A stretch of DNA of 64,000 nt, taken from NCBI RefSeq assembly GCF_009914755.1, contig NC_060939.1, one strand, 5' to 3'. Position numbers and translations under genes: made by a program. Positions 28,951-47,292 of the stretch are shown here, piece after piece. Below the pieces are notes generated by a model that was not told the origin of the DNA, made no database searches, and saw only the letters and a list, made by a program, of their open reading frames with translations. Position 1 is the stretch's first letter; each line of letters begins with the position of its first letter. The DNA comes from the human T2T-CHM13v2.0 reference genome, Homo sapiens.

Positions 28951-30524
28951 CTGGAGTGGAAGGGGAATTCATTTGTTCGTCTATCCTTTTGCATTGATTG
29001 AATTTTTTTCTATACATATATGTGAATTTTCACAATAAAAGTTTTTTCCAAAATAAAATAAAGGAAACAAAAGGGGCTTTTTGCAACCCAATTCCTATCT
29101 ATGTCTGAGTCCACTTGTATTGAATGAGTCTTTCTGCTAACGTCCTTATATTTGGGTGACAATCTGAATGTCAGTGACCAATCAGAGCAGAGGCAGACCT
29201 TGGAGTCGGCAGGGCATCCTGAGGGCCATGATTCCTGCCATGAGGCATAACCCTTTAGGTGCCAGACCATGGGGAGGTCCAGGGGTTGCAGGGGAGGGCT
29301 GTGCATCTGCAATGACTCTCAGGGGGCTCCCGGTGGTGGCAATTGGTGAATCTGCACGGCAGTGTTTCAATATTGTCACAACCCTGCTGTCTCTCATGCT
29401 CTCAAAAAGCATTTCTCTTACCTGTGACAGACTTCCTATACCTAACAGCTTGCAAAAATGTTCCAGGTTAATGAGAATAATCTCTCGGAGCCATACCTCC
29501 CTGTTTGGGGTCTCAGTTTCCCCAACTGTCTCCAGACAAGTTAGGCTAGAAGGCCCCTGAGCCTCAGCCCCTCTATACCCCTCCTGTCACCCAGACCTGA
29601 TCTGGGGCTTGCACCCTGGGTGCAGCATGACAGGGGTGGGCAGGGTCTGGCTCTGGGCCAGAGGACCCTTTCTGATGGACTTCAGCTGTTGGCCTTCCAG
29701 GGGAGACTGATCAACCTCACAAGAGTCATACGGTGAGTAGCGGTGGGCAAATCCATCCCCTTCGTCTTAGATTTATGGGGAGACAGAGAGAAAGAGGAGA
29801 CACTCCAGGAAGACCTGCAGGTGGGAGTACCAGGTTGAAACCAAGGACACCTTCCTGGAGGAGCTGCTGTTTGAGCCAGCTCTGAGAACAGGTGGGGACA
29901 GGACTGGAGAGGAGGAGGTGGCCCCCTATGAGCAAAGACTGGCCATCACCCGACCTAACACCCCCACAGGGCCCCTGTGGCATCCCTGTCCAGTCCCTGT
30001 CACCACCCAGTTTTTCCCTCTGGACCCAGGAATTCAAAGTAAGCAAGGAGGTCTGCTGCTCCAGTTGGCTGCAAATAATTACAACCTTGAGCCCAAGCAG
30101 CACTTTGGGTCCTGGTTTGGGACCATGAAGCGGCTCGGTGAGACTGAGAGGTAAGGCCAGGACAGGAATTGGGATAGTAGGATTGAACTCTCCCTGGGGG
30201 CCAGCCTCAGAAAGCCTGTGGCCATGGCCTCTTGGTCAACATCAGATCCTGTGGTCTGGCAATGCCTGGGGTACCCAGACCTCACTCTGGACAGGCCCTG
30301 GGAGGGGGCCCTGGTGAGATTCCTGGCAGCCTCACAGCCACTCTTCTGTCCATAGCTACAACATGTCATGCCAGCTGGAGGCTCCATCCCAGTTGGCTGG
30401 GAGCACAAAGGCCAGGAAGATAGACATCACCCACCACAGGGGCCAGTCGGGTCCTGAACCAGGGTGGGCAGAGGTTGGCTGCCTTGGGATATGGGTGGGC
30501 TCAGGGAGTCAGACAGCAAGGGAC

Positions 30525-30690
30525 CAGCCTCCCATCCTACTGCTGACCAGCCCTGTGACTGGGGAGAGTCACCTTACTTCTCTGGGCCTCAGATTCCCCC
30601 TCTGTGGGGTGACACTAAATGATCTCTCTGGAGACAGGGATCAATAGGGCACTGGTGATTGACCAGGCACTCAGCACATGCCTGGAGCAC
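30525..30690 (+). mobile_element. MIR fragment
   Basis: 'gaccagccctgtgactgggg..cttacttctctgggcctcagattccccctctgt'. Confidence 0.6.
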
Positions 30691-31405
30691 ACGGTGCAGG
30701 GCTGTGGTGGGGAGGTGGCCTGAGTTCCTGGGGAGTCACCCATGTGTGCCTGCCACTCTGACCAGCCACCAGGCCCTCAGGGCAGAGCCCACTACCAGCA
30801 GCAGCTCACACCCCGAGACCAGCTCAGAGGCAGCCCCTACCTCAGCAGCAGGGATATCATGGACACTTTCAGCTGCTACTAGGGTGGCTTCTCCAGCTCC
30901 CACGTGGAGAGGGGTCCCAGCTGAGTCCCACTCACGTAGAGTCTCATGCCCATGAAAGTGCCATTCACCACTGGCCAGGCTCATGAGGCCGCATGAGAGG
31001 GGGGGTCACTGGGGAGGAGATATCGGGGGAACAGAGAGGGTGGTTGAATTTTTGTATAATAGGCAGTGCAAGTGTTTACCATTTGGGAGGGGAAAGGTTT
31101 GTTATTATTAGCAATGCCACACTTGAATATTATACTAAAATCCAGTTTCTCTATAACCTGGGAGTTGCTCTTTTGTTCTTTCTTTTCCCATCTTAATTAA
31201 AATGAGATGCAGACTCTCACGGTCCACAGTCGATTACGAAATCTTGCACGGCCATCAGGTTATGTCTTGGAGAGCAGAGTTTCAGTACCATCTGCCTGGC
31301 AAGGAGCCGAGCCTGCTCCTCAGAGCTCCCGGGACTGCGAGAATTGGCATGTTCACAGGGCACTGTCACAGCCTCTGAAACACGCTGTCTTTAAAGACGT
31401 TTGCA

Positions 31406-31717
<312 letters not shown>

Positions 31718-33704
31718 AAAGACATTTGCAAGGACCATGTCCTCACCCAGAATGGTGCCTGCCTTTCTACAGTTTTTCAGGAAGAGGAAACATTTTCTGC
31801 TTCTCTCGCTGAGGTTTTTTTTAACCACCCATTAGGAACCTATAGATTTCAGGATCGAACACTGGGATTCCCTCAGCACTAAAGGAGGAAAATTGCAAAC
31901 AGAGCTGAAAGTGCAATGTGCAAAGGTCAGGCTGAGGAAGGTTCTTAGCCAGTAGACCAATGGCAGGAAGGACACTGCCTCCTCAGTCTCCCACTAGGGA
32001 ACTTGTGATTCTTGTCCCCTGACCTCAGAATTCCTTGTCATGTTTGTTTTGTCTCCAAGGGAAAGGTCTGAATTACAGAATTTAAGGCTAGAGTGGGCCT
32101 CGTGCAGTTAACATTAACCCTCTCTCTCCTTCACTGGCTGAGGTGATGTCCGGGAACATGTAGTTCTGACGTCCGCTCTCTCGGGGGATCACCAGTTTAC
32201 CCATCTCACCTGGCAAGCTGGGCCCTAGTTTGGCGACAGGCATCTTCCACCCACCTGGGAGGCAGGGTTCAACACTCTGCCTCTGCCCTTGTTTCCTTCT
32301 TCTGCTACCTGCTTAGGCAGCCAGAAGGGGTTGTCCAGCCAGCACCTGGGCTTTGGCGCTCCTCAAGCAGGTGGAGGAAGTTTCAGGCACCTGACTCCTC
32401 AGGTGTCTGCCATCCAGGTGTTCTTCAGGCCTGCCCAGCAGAGCTCTCTTGATCCAGCTAGAACTGGCCAGAACTGACTCACTCAGGAATGTGTAGAGTT
32501 TGGCATCAGGGGCTGCTTTAATTTGCACAATTTCCAAATACCTCTTTTTTCTTCTTTTTCTGATGAGTCATCTCCCTAGACTTGCATTTTAAAGAGATAG
32601 ATAGTTATCAGGTTCCAGAGAAGACATGGTAGAACATTTATATCTCAAAGACACAGAGCTGAGACTTCAGTTTTAGATACTATAATTTGCCTAAACCAAA
32701 AAGGAAGGTGTAGGTAAAGTTCTAGTCAAGACAGGATGGCCAGGAAAAACACCTTAAACCAAGGGACGGCTTGCTTTGCTGATTTAAGCCAATGGCTTCT
32801 TTATTATAAGACTTCCCAGTGATTTAGTCCTCCCTCTCTTCCAGTGCACAGAGACATACCCCTCCTTACAAATAAAAATGTTCTTTATAGATGTAAATTT
32901 ATTTTACAAAAATGTTTCAAAATAACCAGATGAAAATCATCCTTATGCCAGAAAGACTTGTTTTTTTTTTTTTTATTACTAGAAATGAAACAGTAAGTAT
33001 TTGTTCTATTGACATACTTAGGCTTAGACCTATGTTTAACAAGAAAGCCTAATAATAGCACTGTGGTTAGACTGTAGCCTATTTTTCCAAACCATCATTT
33101 TGTTATTAAGGAAACAGATCAAATACCTTTCATTCATCTGATATGATCCTTTAAAACACATTCCACTAATAAGTCCCATTTGGAACAGCTGAAAATTTTT
33201 TAATAAAACTTTTTAAAGATGAGCTCATGGCTTGGTGTAAATTTCACAAGCTTAATTAGGTCAAATGGAAGGAACTCAGATGAGTAGGTGCCCAATCAGA
33301 GCCCATTATTTGTAAGTCATCAGACCCCTCCATGACCTTAAAACTCCACTCTGAGCTAATTATTGCAAACCTACATACAACAAAGTGAAAGGATTAATTT
33401 TCATTTATCAACCTCTCAATCCCAGATTTTCAAAGAAAAAAACCTATGTAAGGAATACTTACCAAAACCAGACAGGAAAATTAGAGCCTGCATACTTTAG
33501 AGTCAAATTTGTTCCACTACAGCCAGATCGCATACAATTACATCATTTGGTTCTTCATACACTCTAGAACTGACTAGGACAGAGTTTAGCATAGAAAAAC
33601 TGTAAGAAATAGGTTCTGAAACATAGAAATTGCAAATTCAAAAGGCTATGAAAAAAACTAATGTAAATGAGAGAATCCCCTCCCTTTGTTTTAAAGAAAT
33701 AGAC

Positions 33705-34475
33705 CCATCAGAGAAATGTAAATCAAAACCACAATGAGATACCATCTCACACCAGTTAGAATGGCGATCATTAAAAAGTCAGGAAACAACAGGTGCTGGA
33801 GAGGATGTGGAGAAATAGGAACACTTTCACACTGTTGGTGGGACTGTAAACTAGTTCAACCACTGTGGAAGACAGTGTGGCCATTCCTCAGGTATCTAGA
33901 ACTAGAAATACCATTTGACCCAGCCATCCCACTACTGGGTATATACCCAAAGGATTATAAATCGTGCTGCTATAAAGACACATGCACACGTATGTTTATT
34001 GCGGCATTATTCACAATAGCAAAGACTTGGAACCAACCCAAATGTCCAACAATGATAGACTGGATGAAGAAAATGTGGCACATATACACCATGGAATACT
34101 ATGCAGCCATAAAAAATGATGAGTTCATGTCCTTTGTAGGGACATGGATGAAATTGGAAATCATCCTTCTCAGTAAACTATCGCAAGAACAAAAAACCAA
34201 ACACCGCATGTTCTCACTCATAGGTGGGAATTGAACAATGAGAACACTTGGACACAGGAAGGGGAACATCACACACCAGGGCCTGTTGTGGGGTGGGGGG
34301 AGGGGGGAGGGGGGAGGGGGGAGGGATAGCATTAGGAGATATGCCTAATATAAATGAGTTAATAGGTGCAGCACACCAACATGGCACATATATACATATG
34401 TAACAAACCTGCACATTGTGCATGTGTACCCTAGAATTTAAAGTATAATAAAAAAATACAAGAAAATAAAAAAAG
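33705..34475 (+). mobile_element. 5'-truncated L1PA (ORF2 C-terminus, 3'UTR, poly(A))
   Basis: ORF 33734-34234 matches the L1 ORF2p C-terminus ([17 protein letters not shown]...SLIGGN). Approximate TSD 'aaagaaat(a/g)ga(c/t)' at 33693 and 34476, at a TT|AAAG site. Confidence 0.95.
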
Positions 34476-37346
34476 AAAGAAATGGATGTTCTGTAAAAAT
34501 ATACACAATTTTTACAGACAAATACATTTATAAGTTGTTTTTATCTTAAAATTGGGGCTATTTCATATTTATAACTAATTATTGAACCTTAAGTTTTCTT
34601 GGCCATTTCTAGGCTAATAAACTAAGAATCATGTAAACTAAGCCAAAGTAGAATAGTCATAAAAGTCCTGAACACTTCAACTTCCTATCCTTCAAGAAGT
34701 ATACCTCGCAAAGCTCATTTGAGAGAGGAAAATCTTTCCTCCACCCTCTGTTTTACAGCGCTGAGGCTTCTCATCACATTTCTATGACTTGTAGCTTAAA
34801 TCCATGTTACATGTTCACTGGCATTGTTAGTGCTTCTCTTTTAACACTGTAGGAGTTAATCAATTTGGTGGCATATTTAATTAATTCTATCACTAGTGGA
34901 TTGTAAAATTACATATATTAATACCTCACTTTAGAGGCCACTTAATTTTTTTCCAAGGGGATATTTGACTGTATTTCACTTGTGTCTACTTAATGATTTT
35001 ATAATTTAAACCCTAAATTGTAAATCTAGAATTTAGAAAGTATATTTCCCCACTGGATTACATTTTTGGAAATATTATTTTATATGTGCACAAATATTAC
35101 AAAATCACTGTAGACACCTGAAAACTATATTATCTTTTAAAGGCAATATTTACATTAAACTGATATAACAAAATTGTTTGGTGCATTTTTTCCAGTACAT
35201 TTTGTATATATTAAATGTTTAACCTTTTTTTATTCAGCAAATAATTTTTGAGTATCTACTAAGTGCTAGGTTCTGCATTACTAACTGAATTTAAAGAGTG
35301 AAATAACAGACATGGTCTCAGACAATAAAAATTAACATTAGGTCCCCTATTTATATATTTTAAAATGGTAATTATGAAAACTTTTTGAGATTTTTAACTA
35401 GATAACATTATAATAATACACTTGATGTTGTTAATATTTGCCAGTGAGCAAAAAAGAAAATAAAAAGATGGTTTTATTCAATATACACTTTAAAATTGCA
35501 GAAAATAGTCAAGTTTCCCTGCTTTGCAGTTGAATGTCTATGTGTTTTTCTCCACAACTTGGCTTTTATGGAGTGAAACAATTATTCTTCCAGCCCAATA
35601 AAGTCAGAAGAATAACAATAAATCTAATATTTTAAATGCTTATCAAAAGATAGTAAACATATTATTTCAGAATACTGAGTTCAATAAGTTGACCTACAAA
35701 AAAAGCCAAACTGACAGTATTACTGAATAAAGAAAGGCCCGAAGAGATGAAATACTTTTCATTTTGTAACCTCGGTATGACACAACTTACCCTAACTATA
35801 AAGACCCTAAATTACCAAGATGGGTGCTTATAATATGGAGAGTAAAAAAAGTCATTTCACTTTTAGCTTTTTTATTTCTCTCAGAATAAAAAGCGCATAA
35901 GGAGTTGATAAAGAAGTTGATACTATAAGTTAGTACTACAATGACAGCACTTTTCAAGAAAAGACTTTTTTCTGTCTTACAAATATCATGTTAGCAGTAT
36001 TTGTTTCCTCCAGAAATAATGAGGAAATAAAAACATAAGTATGTGGGTAATTAGTGTAGTTTCTTAAAGAAATGAGTTAGGCAACAGGCTAATAATGTAT
36101 ACTTCACTGGCTTTTGAATGCCAACAATCATATTCTTTATAAGGCACAGACAAGATTTTTCTAAAGAATAAGTATGTGAACCTGAAAAGTAATCACCACT
36201 TGGTAGTGATAATATGGATAGGGTGAAGGGCGTCATCAAGAAGCAATGAAAAGATACATTTGCAGTTAAATTTGAAAACCATGATGTTTAATACATATAG
36301 TAATAAAGAATACTTTCTCCTGTTTCAAAATCATTTTAGAATTTAAGATAGAAGCTAAAATACCTAGGGATAATGATATGACTATCAAAAATTAAAAATT
36401 AAAGGACATTTTGAGTATTATAAGAATGAGAACTTATTACCCAATGAACAGGGGATAATTCATTATGCTCCATATCCATTGAATTAAAATACAGGCCCAT
36501 TACCTGGAAAATTTGAAAGTTTAATTTTATTTAAAAGTCTTGTTTCATTCATCAAGATAAAGGATTAGCTCCCAGAAATATTCTAGGATTGCATATCCCC
36601 AACTCTGTAGGAAGTATAGAAAGAATGTTAATAAGGGCCACCATCTAAACATTATTATGTAAATAATTTAGTACCATTCCATTTGCCTTTGTAGATTTAA
36701 AAATGTAAATGGCTTTCTCATATTAGGAAACATCATTTTTCAAAACCCAGATAAACATAGTATATTGCAAGAGAATATTATTTTCTTTATTAAAAAAGAA
36801 ATACTGGATGCTAAGTCCAAAAGACATAAATTATTTTATACTAATAACTACTAACATTTTATTCATTAAAATATAAAGGTCAAAGATTTTAAAATGATCT
36901 TTAAATGATTAATAACATGTTGATCTTTTTCTTCTTTCTGTAAAACTTTTTGAGTCTTAAAAATACTAAACTATACAAGCAATATTAAATAGTATATAAA
37001 CTCGTATTAAAATATTCAAATTTACTAGAAGGTAGACATTGGAAAGAATGAAAATAAACAGAAGCATAAAGCAGCAGATATAAAATTAAGAAAGCAACTA
37101 AGAGTGTTTAAAGTACATATTCATCTGTAGTCTAATGTCTACCATAAACAATGAGTCTTCTCAGTAAAACACAAATTGTTCATGAAGGGAAAAAGCAAGT
37201 TGTAGTAGAGAATACTCAACATATTTTTTTTAGTACTAACTTGTGCTTGGAGTATTATTGGTTTTTCTATTATGCACTTATGCACTTGATAATTTTTTTC
37301 ATCAAAATTGTATGTACAACTCCATTCAAAAGCAGTTTTTGGTGGG

Positions 37347-37650
37347 TTTTTTTTTTTTTTTTTGAGAAAGAGTTTTGCTCTTTTCACCCAGGCTGGAGTG
37401 CAATGGTGCGAACTTGGCTCACAGCAACCTAGCAACTTTTGCCTCCCAGGTTCAGGTGATTCTCTTGCCTCAGCCTCTCGAGAGGTTAGGACTACAAGCA
37501 TGCACCACCATGCCTGGCTAATTTTGTGTTTTTAGTAGAGACATGGTTTTGCCATGTTGACCAGGCTGGTCTTGAACTCCTGACCTGAGGTAATCCGCCC
37601 ACCTTGGCCTCCCAAAGTGCTAGGTATGGGCAAGAGCCACCATACCTGGC
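37347..37650 (-). mobile_element. AluS with TSD
   Basis: Poly(T) then antisense Alu; TSD 'tcaaaagcagttttt' at 37327 and 37651. Confidence 0.93.
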
Positions 37651-37995
37651 CTCAAAAGCAGTTTTTAAAAGCAAACACAATATAACACCAAAGTTGAAAA
37701 ATCTATGCTCACCTAAGGATGCCAGGTTTAATAAATTATTTATAGAATACTGCATCAAAAATAAGACAATAACCCAAGATATACCATTAAAGATGTATCC
37801 ACTCCTACAACTAGAGATAATTAATCTATCTGGTAGCAAATTATACTTCAATCAGTTTCAGCATGTCTGAAATCTTTAAGGACAAAAGTGATAAAACATG
37901 ACTTCATTCTTCATTAGACTCTTAGAACACTTGAAGGAAAATAATTTCTGAAGCACAAAGAGGTAAAGAGGTGTAATCTTTCAAAAAGATATTCA

Positions 37996-38316
<321 letters not shown>

Positions 38317-38861
38317 GTGTAATATCATATCGGTATACACAGATAATATACTGAATGAAATAAATAGAATAATTTGAAGAGGTATCTTGATGAACAAGGA
38401 GTCATTAGAAAGGTTGTATTCATGTCTTTGAAGGAAATTGCAATGTGAGAAATTAATACTTTGACTGCTATACTAAAAGTTTATTGCTAACATGTATTGA
38501 GTTATTAACGTGTGTTAGGCAGAGTACCATATAATTTACAGGTGTTATCTCATTTATTGTAGGTAAAACGTAATTTCGAACTCTGGGAGTATAAATGAAT
38601 TAGATAGAATAAAATTCTATTTAAATGGCCATCAGTAAATCGGTATCTAGGAACAGGGTGATACAGTGCCCAAGTTTTCCATTCTTACTAAATGTTGTGT
38701 TTCATTTTCAATGTTTTCTTGGATATTGCTCTTTTTTGGTCATTTTGATTTTTTTTTTATTTTAGAAAACTAATAAATTGACTCTTCTTGGTACTGACTC
38801 GGGTTTTATAGAAGAAGAAGTAATTAAATTCTGTACATTTACCTTTACCTCATTTTTTGTC

Positions 38862-40135
38862 TTTTAAATTTATTTTAATTGACATATAATAAATGTACAT
38901 GTTATGGGGTACAGAGTGATATTTTGATATATTTATGCAATGCGTAAAGATCAAGTCAGAGTCATTATCATATCCATTACCTAAATCATGTATTATTTCT
39001 TTGCAGTGAGAATATTCAAAATCTTTTATTTTAGTTATTTGAAAACACACAATAAATTCCCATTAACTACAGTCACCCAACAGTGCTGTAGAGAATTAGA
39101 ACTTCTTCCTTCTCTCCAGCTGTAATTTTGTATGTATTAACCACAGTTTTCTTATACTCTTCTTTCTCCTACTCTTTCCAGGATATGGTAACCAAAACTC
39201 TACTATCTACTTCTATGAGATTAAAAATTTTAGCTTCCATACATAAGTGAGTACACGTAGTTATGTGGTGTTTATGTTTCTATGCCAGGCTTATTTCACC
39301 TAACATAATGCCCTCCACTTGCATTCTTGTTGCCACAAATAACAAGATTTTCTTCTTTATTATGACTAAATAATATTCCATTATATATGTATGTCACATT
39401 TCTTTATCCATTCATCTGTTGATGGACACTTTTGTCGATTCCATATCTTGGCTATTGTGAATAGTGCTGTAATAAACATGGGGGTGCAGCTAACTCTTTG
39501 ATATACTGATTTTCTTTTCTTTGGATATATACTGAAAACCATATGATTAAATTAATAAACACAATAAAAGCATTTGGCAAAATTAAATATTCTTGAATGA
39601 CAAAAAACCTCTCAACAATTTAGTATAGAAAATATATGCCTTAACACAGAAGGACATAAAGGACAAATCTACAACTAAGATCATACTGAGTGTGGAAAAG
39701 GTGAAAGATTTTACTGTGAACAAGAAAAAGATTTTACTAGAACAAGAAAAGGATGCCTATTCTCACCAATCATATTTCACATAGTGAAAGTCTTAGCCAG
39801 GACAATTAGGTGAGAGAAAGAAATAAAGGACATCTGAATTGGAAAGGAGACAGTCAAATTGTCCCTGTTTAAATCAGTAGCATTTCTATATATTGATAGT
39901 AAACTAGCTGAAACAAGAAATTAAGAAAGCAAATCCTTTTACAATAGCTACAAAAATGTACTTATAAATTTAACCAAGGAAGTAAAAGATTTTGACAACA
40001 AAAATGACAAATATTAATGAAAGAAATTAAAGAAAACACAAAAAAGGAAAGACATCCAAGTTTATAGATTGAAATAACTAATATTCTTAAAATGACCCAC
40101 TATCCTATGTGATTTACAAATTTAGTACAATCACT
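38862..40135 (-). mobile_element. Old L1MA-type element: minus-strand 3' end (38862-~39530) joined to a plus-strand ORF2 RT fragment (~39535-40135)
   Basis: 'gtacatgttatggggtacagagtgatattttgata' 3'UTR, then sense 'aaaaccatatgatt...aaaagcatttggcaaaatt' (KNHMI..KAFDK-like). Confidence 0.75.
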
Positions 40136-40846
40136 AGCTTGTATTTTTAAAAGCACCTTTGCTGCATATTCTTAAGATATTCAATGACAATGCCTAGATT
40201 GAAGTTTGAGGTATTATCATATCTATTTTATATTGGGCACAATATAATGTTATCAGAGATAACAGTTTTGATTGGTCCTAGGTCATACAGTAATATATAC
40301 ATTGTGATTTATAGACATGCTATCTTTTCATACTCAGGCATTTAGAAAGTTCATTTAGACAAAGTTATAAAAACTTGCCTTCCTTTCTGCCTATATCACC
40401 TAAAAATCCTAATTTAAGAGGTAATAACATTTTTTATTTGATATACAATTTATCAACACAATAAAAATCTAACAATTATCATGTGCAGAGTGTGAAAATC
40501 TCATCAGATTAAGGAACACAAAGACATCTTTTTCATATTTCGAATGTAAAACTGTTTTGGAAACTTATTTTTAGAAACAGTTAAAAACATTTTTTCATTA
40601 GTTTTTCACGTAAAATTGTGACAACCAGCATGAAATAACTGTCATCACAGAAGCATGGTATATTCGATTCCAAAACATATTCTTTGTAAGTTTTAATATA
40701 TTTATGTATTATTTATACTTAGATTGTAACCCATAATGTAGATAATATTTTTCCTTCAACTCTTAAGAGTATTGTTAAATAAAATTAAAATTAATGAATT
40801 ATAATTTTTGTTGGTTGGGAAAAAGAATAGACACACACGTGACAGT

Positions 40847-41264
40847 GCATCACTTCACCTCATCATTTCATCTCATCATCTCATCATTTCATCTCATCAT
40901 TTTATCTCATCCCATCCCATCTCATCATATCATCTCATCATTTCATCAAATCTCATCTCCATTTCATTTTCATCATTTCATTTCACTATTTCATTTCATT
41001 TCATCTAATCTCATTTATTTCATTATGTCATTTCATATCATCTCATTTCATTTCATCTCATATTTTCATCTCATAATTTTTCATCTCATCATTTCATCTC
41101 ATCTCATCATTTCTTCCTTTCATTTCAACATTTCATCTCATTTCTTCTCATCTCATTTCAATTTCATTTCATTATTTCGTTTCATCTCATTTCATTATTT
41201 CACCTAGTTTCATTATTTCATATCATCTCAATTCGTCTCATCGCATTTAATCTCAACATTTTTC
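40847..41264. repeat. (CATTT/CATCT/CAT)n satellite-like array, left part
   Basis: Pentamer/trimer mix nearly lacking G on the + strand. Confidence 0.95.
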
Positions 41265-41484
41265 TTTTTTCTTTTTTTTTATTATACTTAAATTTTAGGG
41301 TACATGTGCACATTGTGCAGGTTAGTTACATATGTATACATGTGCCATGCTGGTGCGCTGCGCCCACTAACTCGTCATCTAGCATTAGGTATATCTCCCG
41401 ATGCTATCCCTCCCCCCTCCCCCCACCCCACCACAGTCCCCAGAGTGTGATATTCCCCTTCCTGTGTCCATGTGATCTCATTGT

Positions 41485-45311
<3,827 letters not shown>

Positions 45312-45374
45312 TATGATGTTAGCTGGTTATTTTGCTCATTAGTTGATGCAGTTTCTTCCTAGTCTCGATGGTCT

Positions 45375-46391
45375 TTACATTTTGGCATGATTTTGCAGTG
45401 ACTGGTACCGGTTGTTCCTTTCCATGTTTAGTGCTTCCTTCAGGAGCTCTTGTAAGGCAGGCCTGGTGGTGACAAAATCTCTCAGCATTTGCTTGTCTGT
45501 AAAGTATTTTATTTCTCCTTCACTTATGAAGCTTAGTTTGGCTGGATATGAAATTCTGGGTTGAAAATTCTTTTCTTTAAGAATGTTGAATATTGGCCCC
45601 CACTCTCTTCTGGCTTGTAGAGTTTCTGCTGAGAGATCCGCTGTTAGTCTGATGGGCTTCCCTTTGAGGGTAACCCGACCTTTCTCTCTGGCTGCCCTTA
45701 ACATTTTTTTCTTCATTTCAACTTTGGTGAATCTGACAATTATGTGTCTGGACGTTGCTCTTCTCGAGGAGTATCTTTGTGGCGTTCTCTGTATTTCCTG
45801 AATCTGAATGTTGGCCTGCCTTGCTAGATTGGGGAAGTTCTCCTGGATAATATCCTGCGGAGTGTTTTCCAACTTGGTTCCATTCTCCCCATCACTTTCA
45901 GGTACACCAATCAGACGTAGATTTGGTCTTTTCACATAGTCCCATATTTCCTGGAGGCTTTGCTCATTTCTTTTTATTCTTTTTTCTCTAAACTTCCCTT
46001 CTCGCTTCATTTCATTCATTTCATCTTCCATCGCTGATACCCTTTCTTCCAGTTGATCGCATCGGCTCCTGAGGCTTCTGCATTCTTCTCGTAGTTCTCG
46101 AGCCTTGGTTTTCAGCTCCATCAGCCCCTTTAAGCACTTCTCTGTATTGGTTATTCTAGTTATACATTCTTCTAAATTTTTTTCAAAGCTTTCAACTTCT
46201 TTGCCTTTGGTTTGAATGTCCTCCCGTAGCTCAGAGTAATTTGATCGTCTGAAGCCTTCTTCTCTCAGCTCGTCAAAGTCATTCTCCATCCAGCTTTGTT
46301 CCGTTGCTGGTGAGGAACTGCGTCCCTTTGGAGGAGGAGATGTGCTCTGCTTTTTAGAGTTTCCAGTTTTTCTGTTCTGTTTTTTCCCCAT
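45375..46391 (-). CDS. L1 ORF1p, full 338 aa, uninterrupted
   Basis: MGKKQNRKTGNSK...QNHAKM, canonical length; REKG, ARR and YPAKLS motifs retained. Expression not shown. Confidence 0.9.
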   Translation of the reverse strand: MGKKQNRKTGNSKKQSTSPPPKGRSSSPATEQSWMENDFDELREEGFRRSNYSELREDIQTKGKEVESFEKNLEECITRITNTEKCLKGLMELKTKARELREECRSLRSRCDQLEERVSAMEDEMNEMKREGKFREKRIKRNEQSLQEIWDYVKRPNLRLIGVPESDGENGTKLENTPQDIIQENFPNLARQANIQIQEIQRTPQRYSSRRATSRHIIVRFTKVEMKKKMLRAAREKGRVTLKGKPIRLTADLSAETLQARREWGPIFNILKEKNFQPRISYPAKLSFISEGEIKYFTDKQMLRDFVTTRPALQELLKEALNMERNNRYQSLQNHAKM

Positions 46392-47292
46392 CTTTGTGGT
46401 TTTATCTACTTTTGGTCTTTGATGATGGTGATGTACAGATGGGTTTTTGGTGTGGATGTCCTTTCTGTTCGTTTTCCTTCTAACAGAGAGGACCCTCAGC
46501 TGCAGGTCTGTTGGAGTACCCTGCTGTGTGAGGTGTCAGTGTGCCCCTGCTGGGGGGAGCCTCCCAGTTAGGCTGCTTGGGGGTCAGGGGTCAGGGACCC
46601 ACTTGAGGAGGCAGTCTGCCCGTTCTCAGACCTCCAGCTGTGTGCTGGGAGAACCACTGCTCTCTTCAAAGCTGTCAGACAGGGACATTTAAGTCTGCAA
46701 AGGTTACTGCTGTCTTTTTGTTTGTCTGTGCCCTGCCCCAAGAGGTCGATCCTACAGAGGCAGGCATGCCTCCTTGAGCTGTGGTGGGCTCCACCCAGTT
46801 CGGGCTTTCTGGCTGCTTTGTTTACCTAAGCAAGCCTGGGCAACGGCAGGCGCCCCTACCCCAGCCTCACTGCCGCCTTGCAGTTTGATCTCAGACTGCT
46901 GTGCTAGCAATCAGCGAGACTCCGTGGGCGTAGGACCCTCCGAGCCAGGTGCGGGATATAATCTCGTGGTGCGCCGTTTTTTAAGCCCGTTGGAAAAGTG
47001 CAGTATTCGGGTGGGAGTGACCCAATTTTCCAGGTGCCATCCATCACCCCTTTCTTTGACTCAGAAAGGGAACTCCCTGACCCCTTGCGCTTCCCAAGTG
47101 AGGGAATGCCTCGCCCTGCTTTGGCACGTGCACGGTGCGCGCACCCACTGACCTGCACCCACTGTCTGGCACTCCCTAGTGAGATGAACCTGGTACCTCA
47201 GATGGAAATGCAGAAATCACCCGTCTTCTGCGTCGCTCACGCTGGGAGTTGTAGACCGGAGCTGTTCCTATTTGGCCATCTTGGCTCCTCCC
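46392..47292 (-). promoter_or_regulatory. L1 5'UTR internal sense promoter and antisense promoter
   Basis: YY1-type site 'AAGATGGCC' at the 5' end; ORF0-homologous frame on the + strand (AGAPTPASLPPCSLISDCCASNQRD...). Confidence 0.75.

Noticed and set aside
29400-30160. Splice-donor-like motifs (minus CAG|GTAAGA ~29420; plus ACG|GTGAGT ~29732, GAG|GTAAGG ~30150)
   Set aside because: No consistent strand, reading frame or recognisable protein; not enough to call exons.
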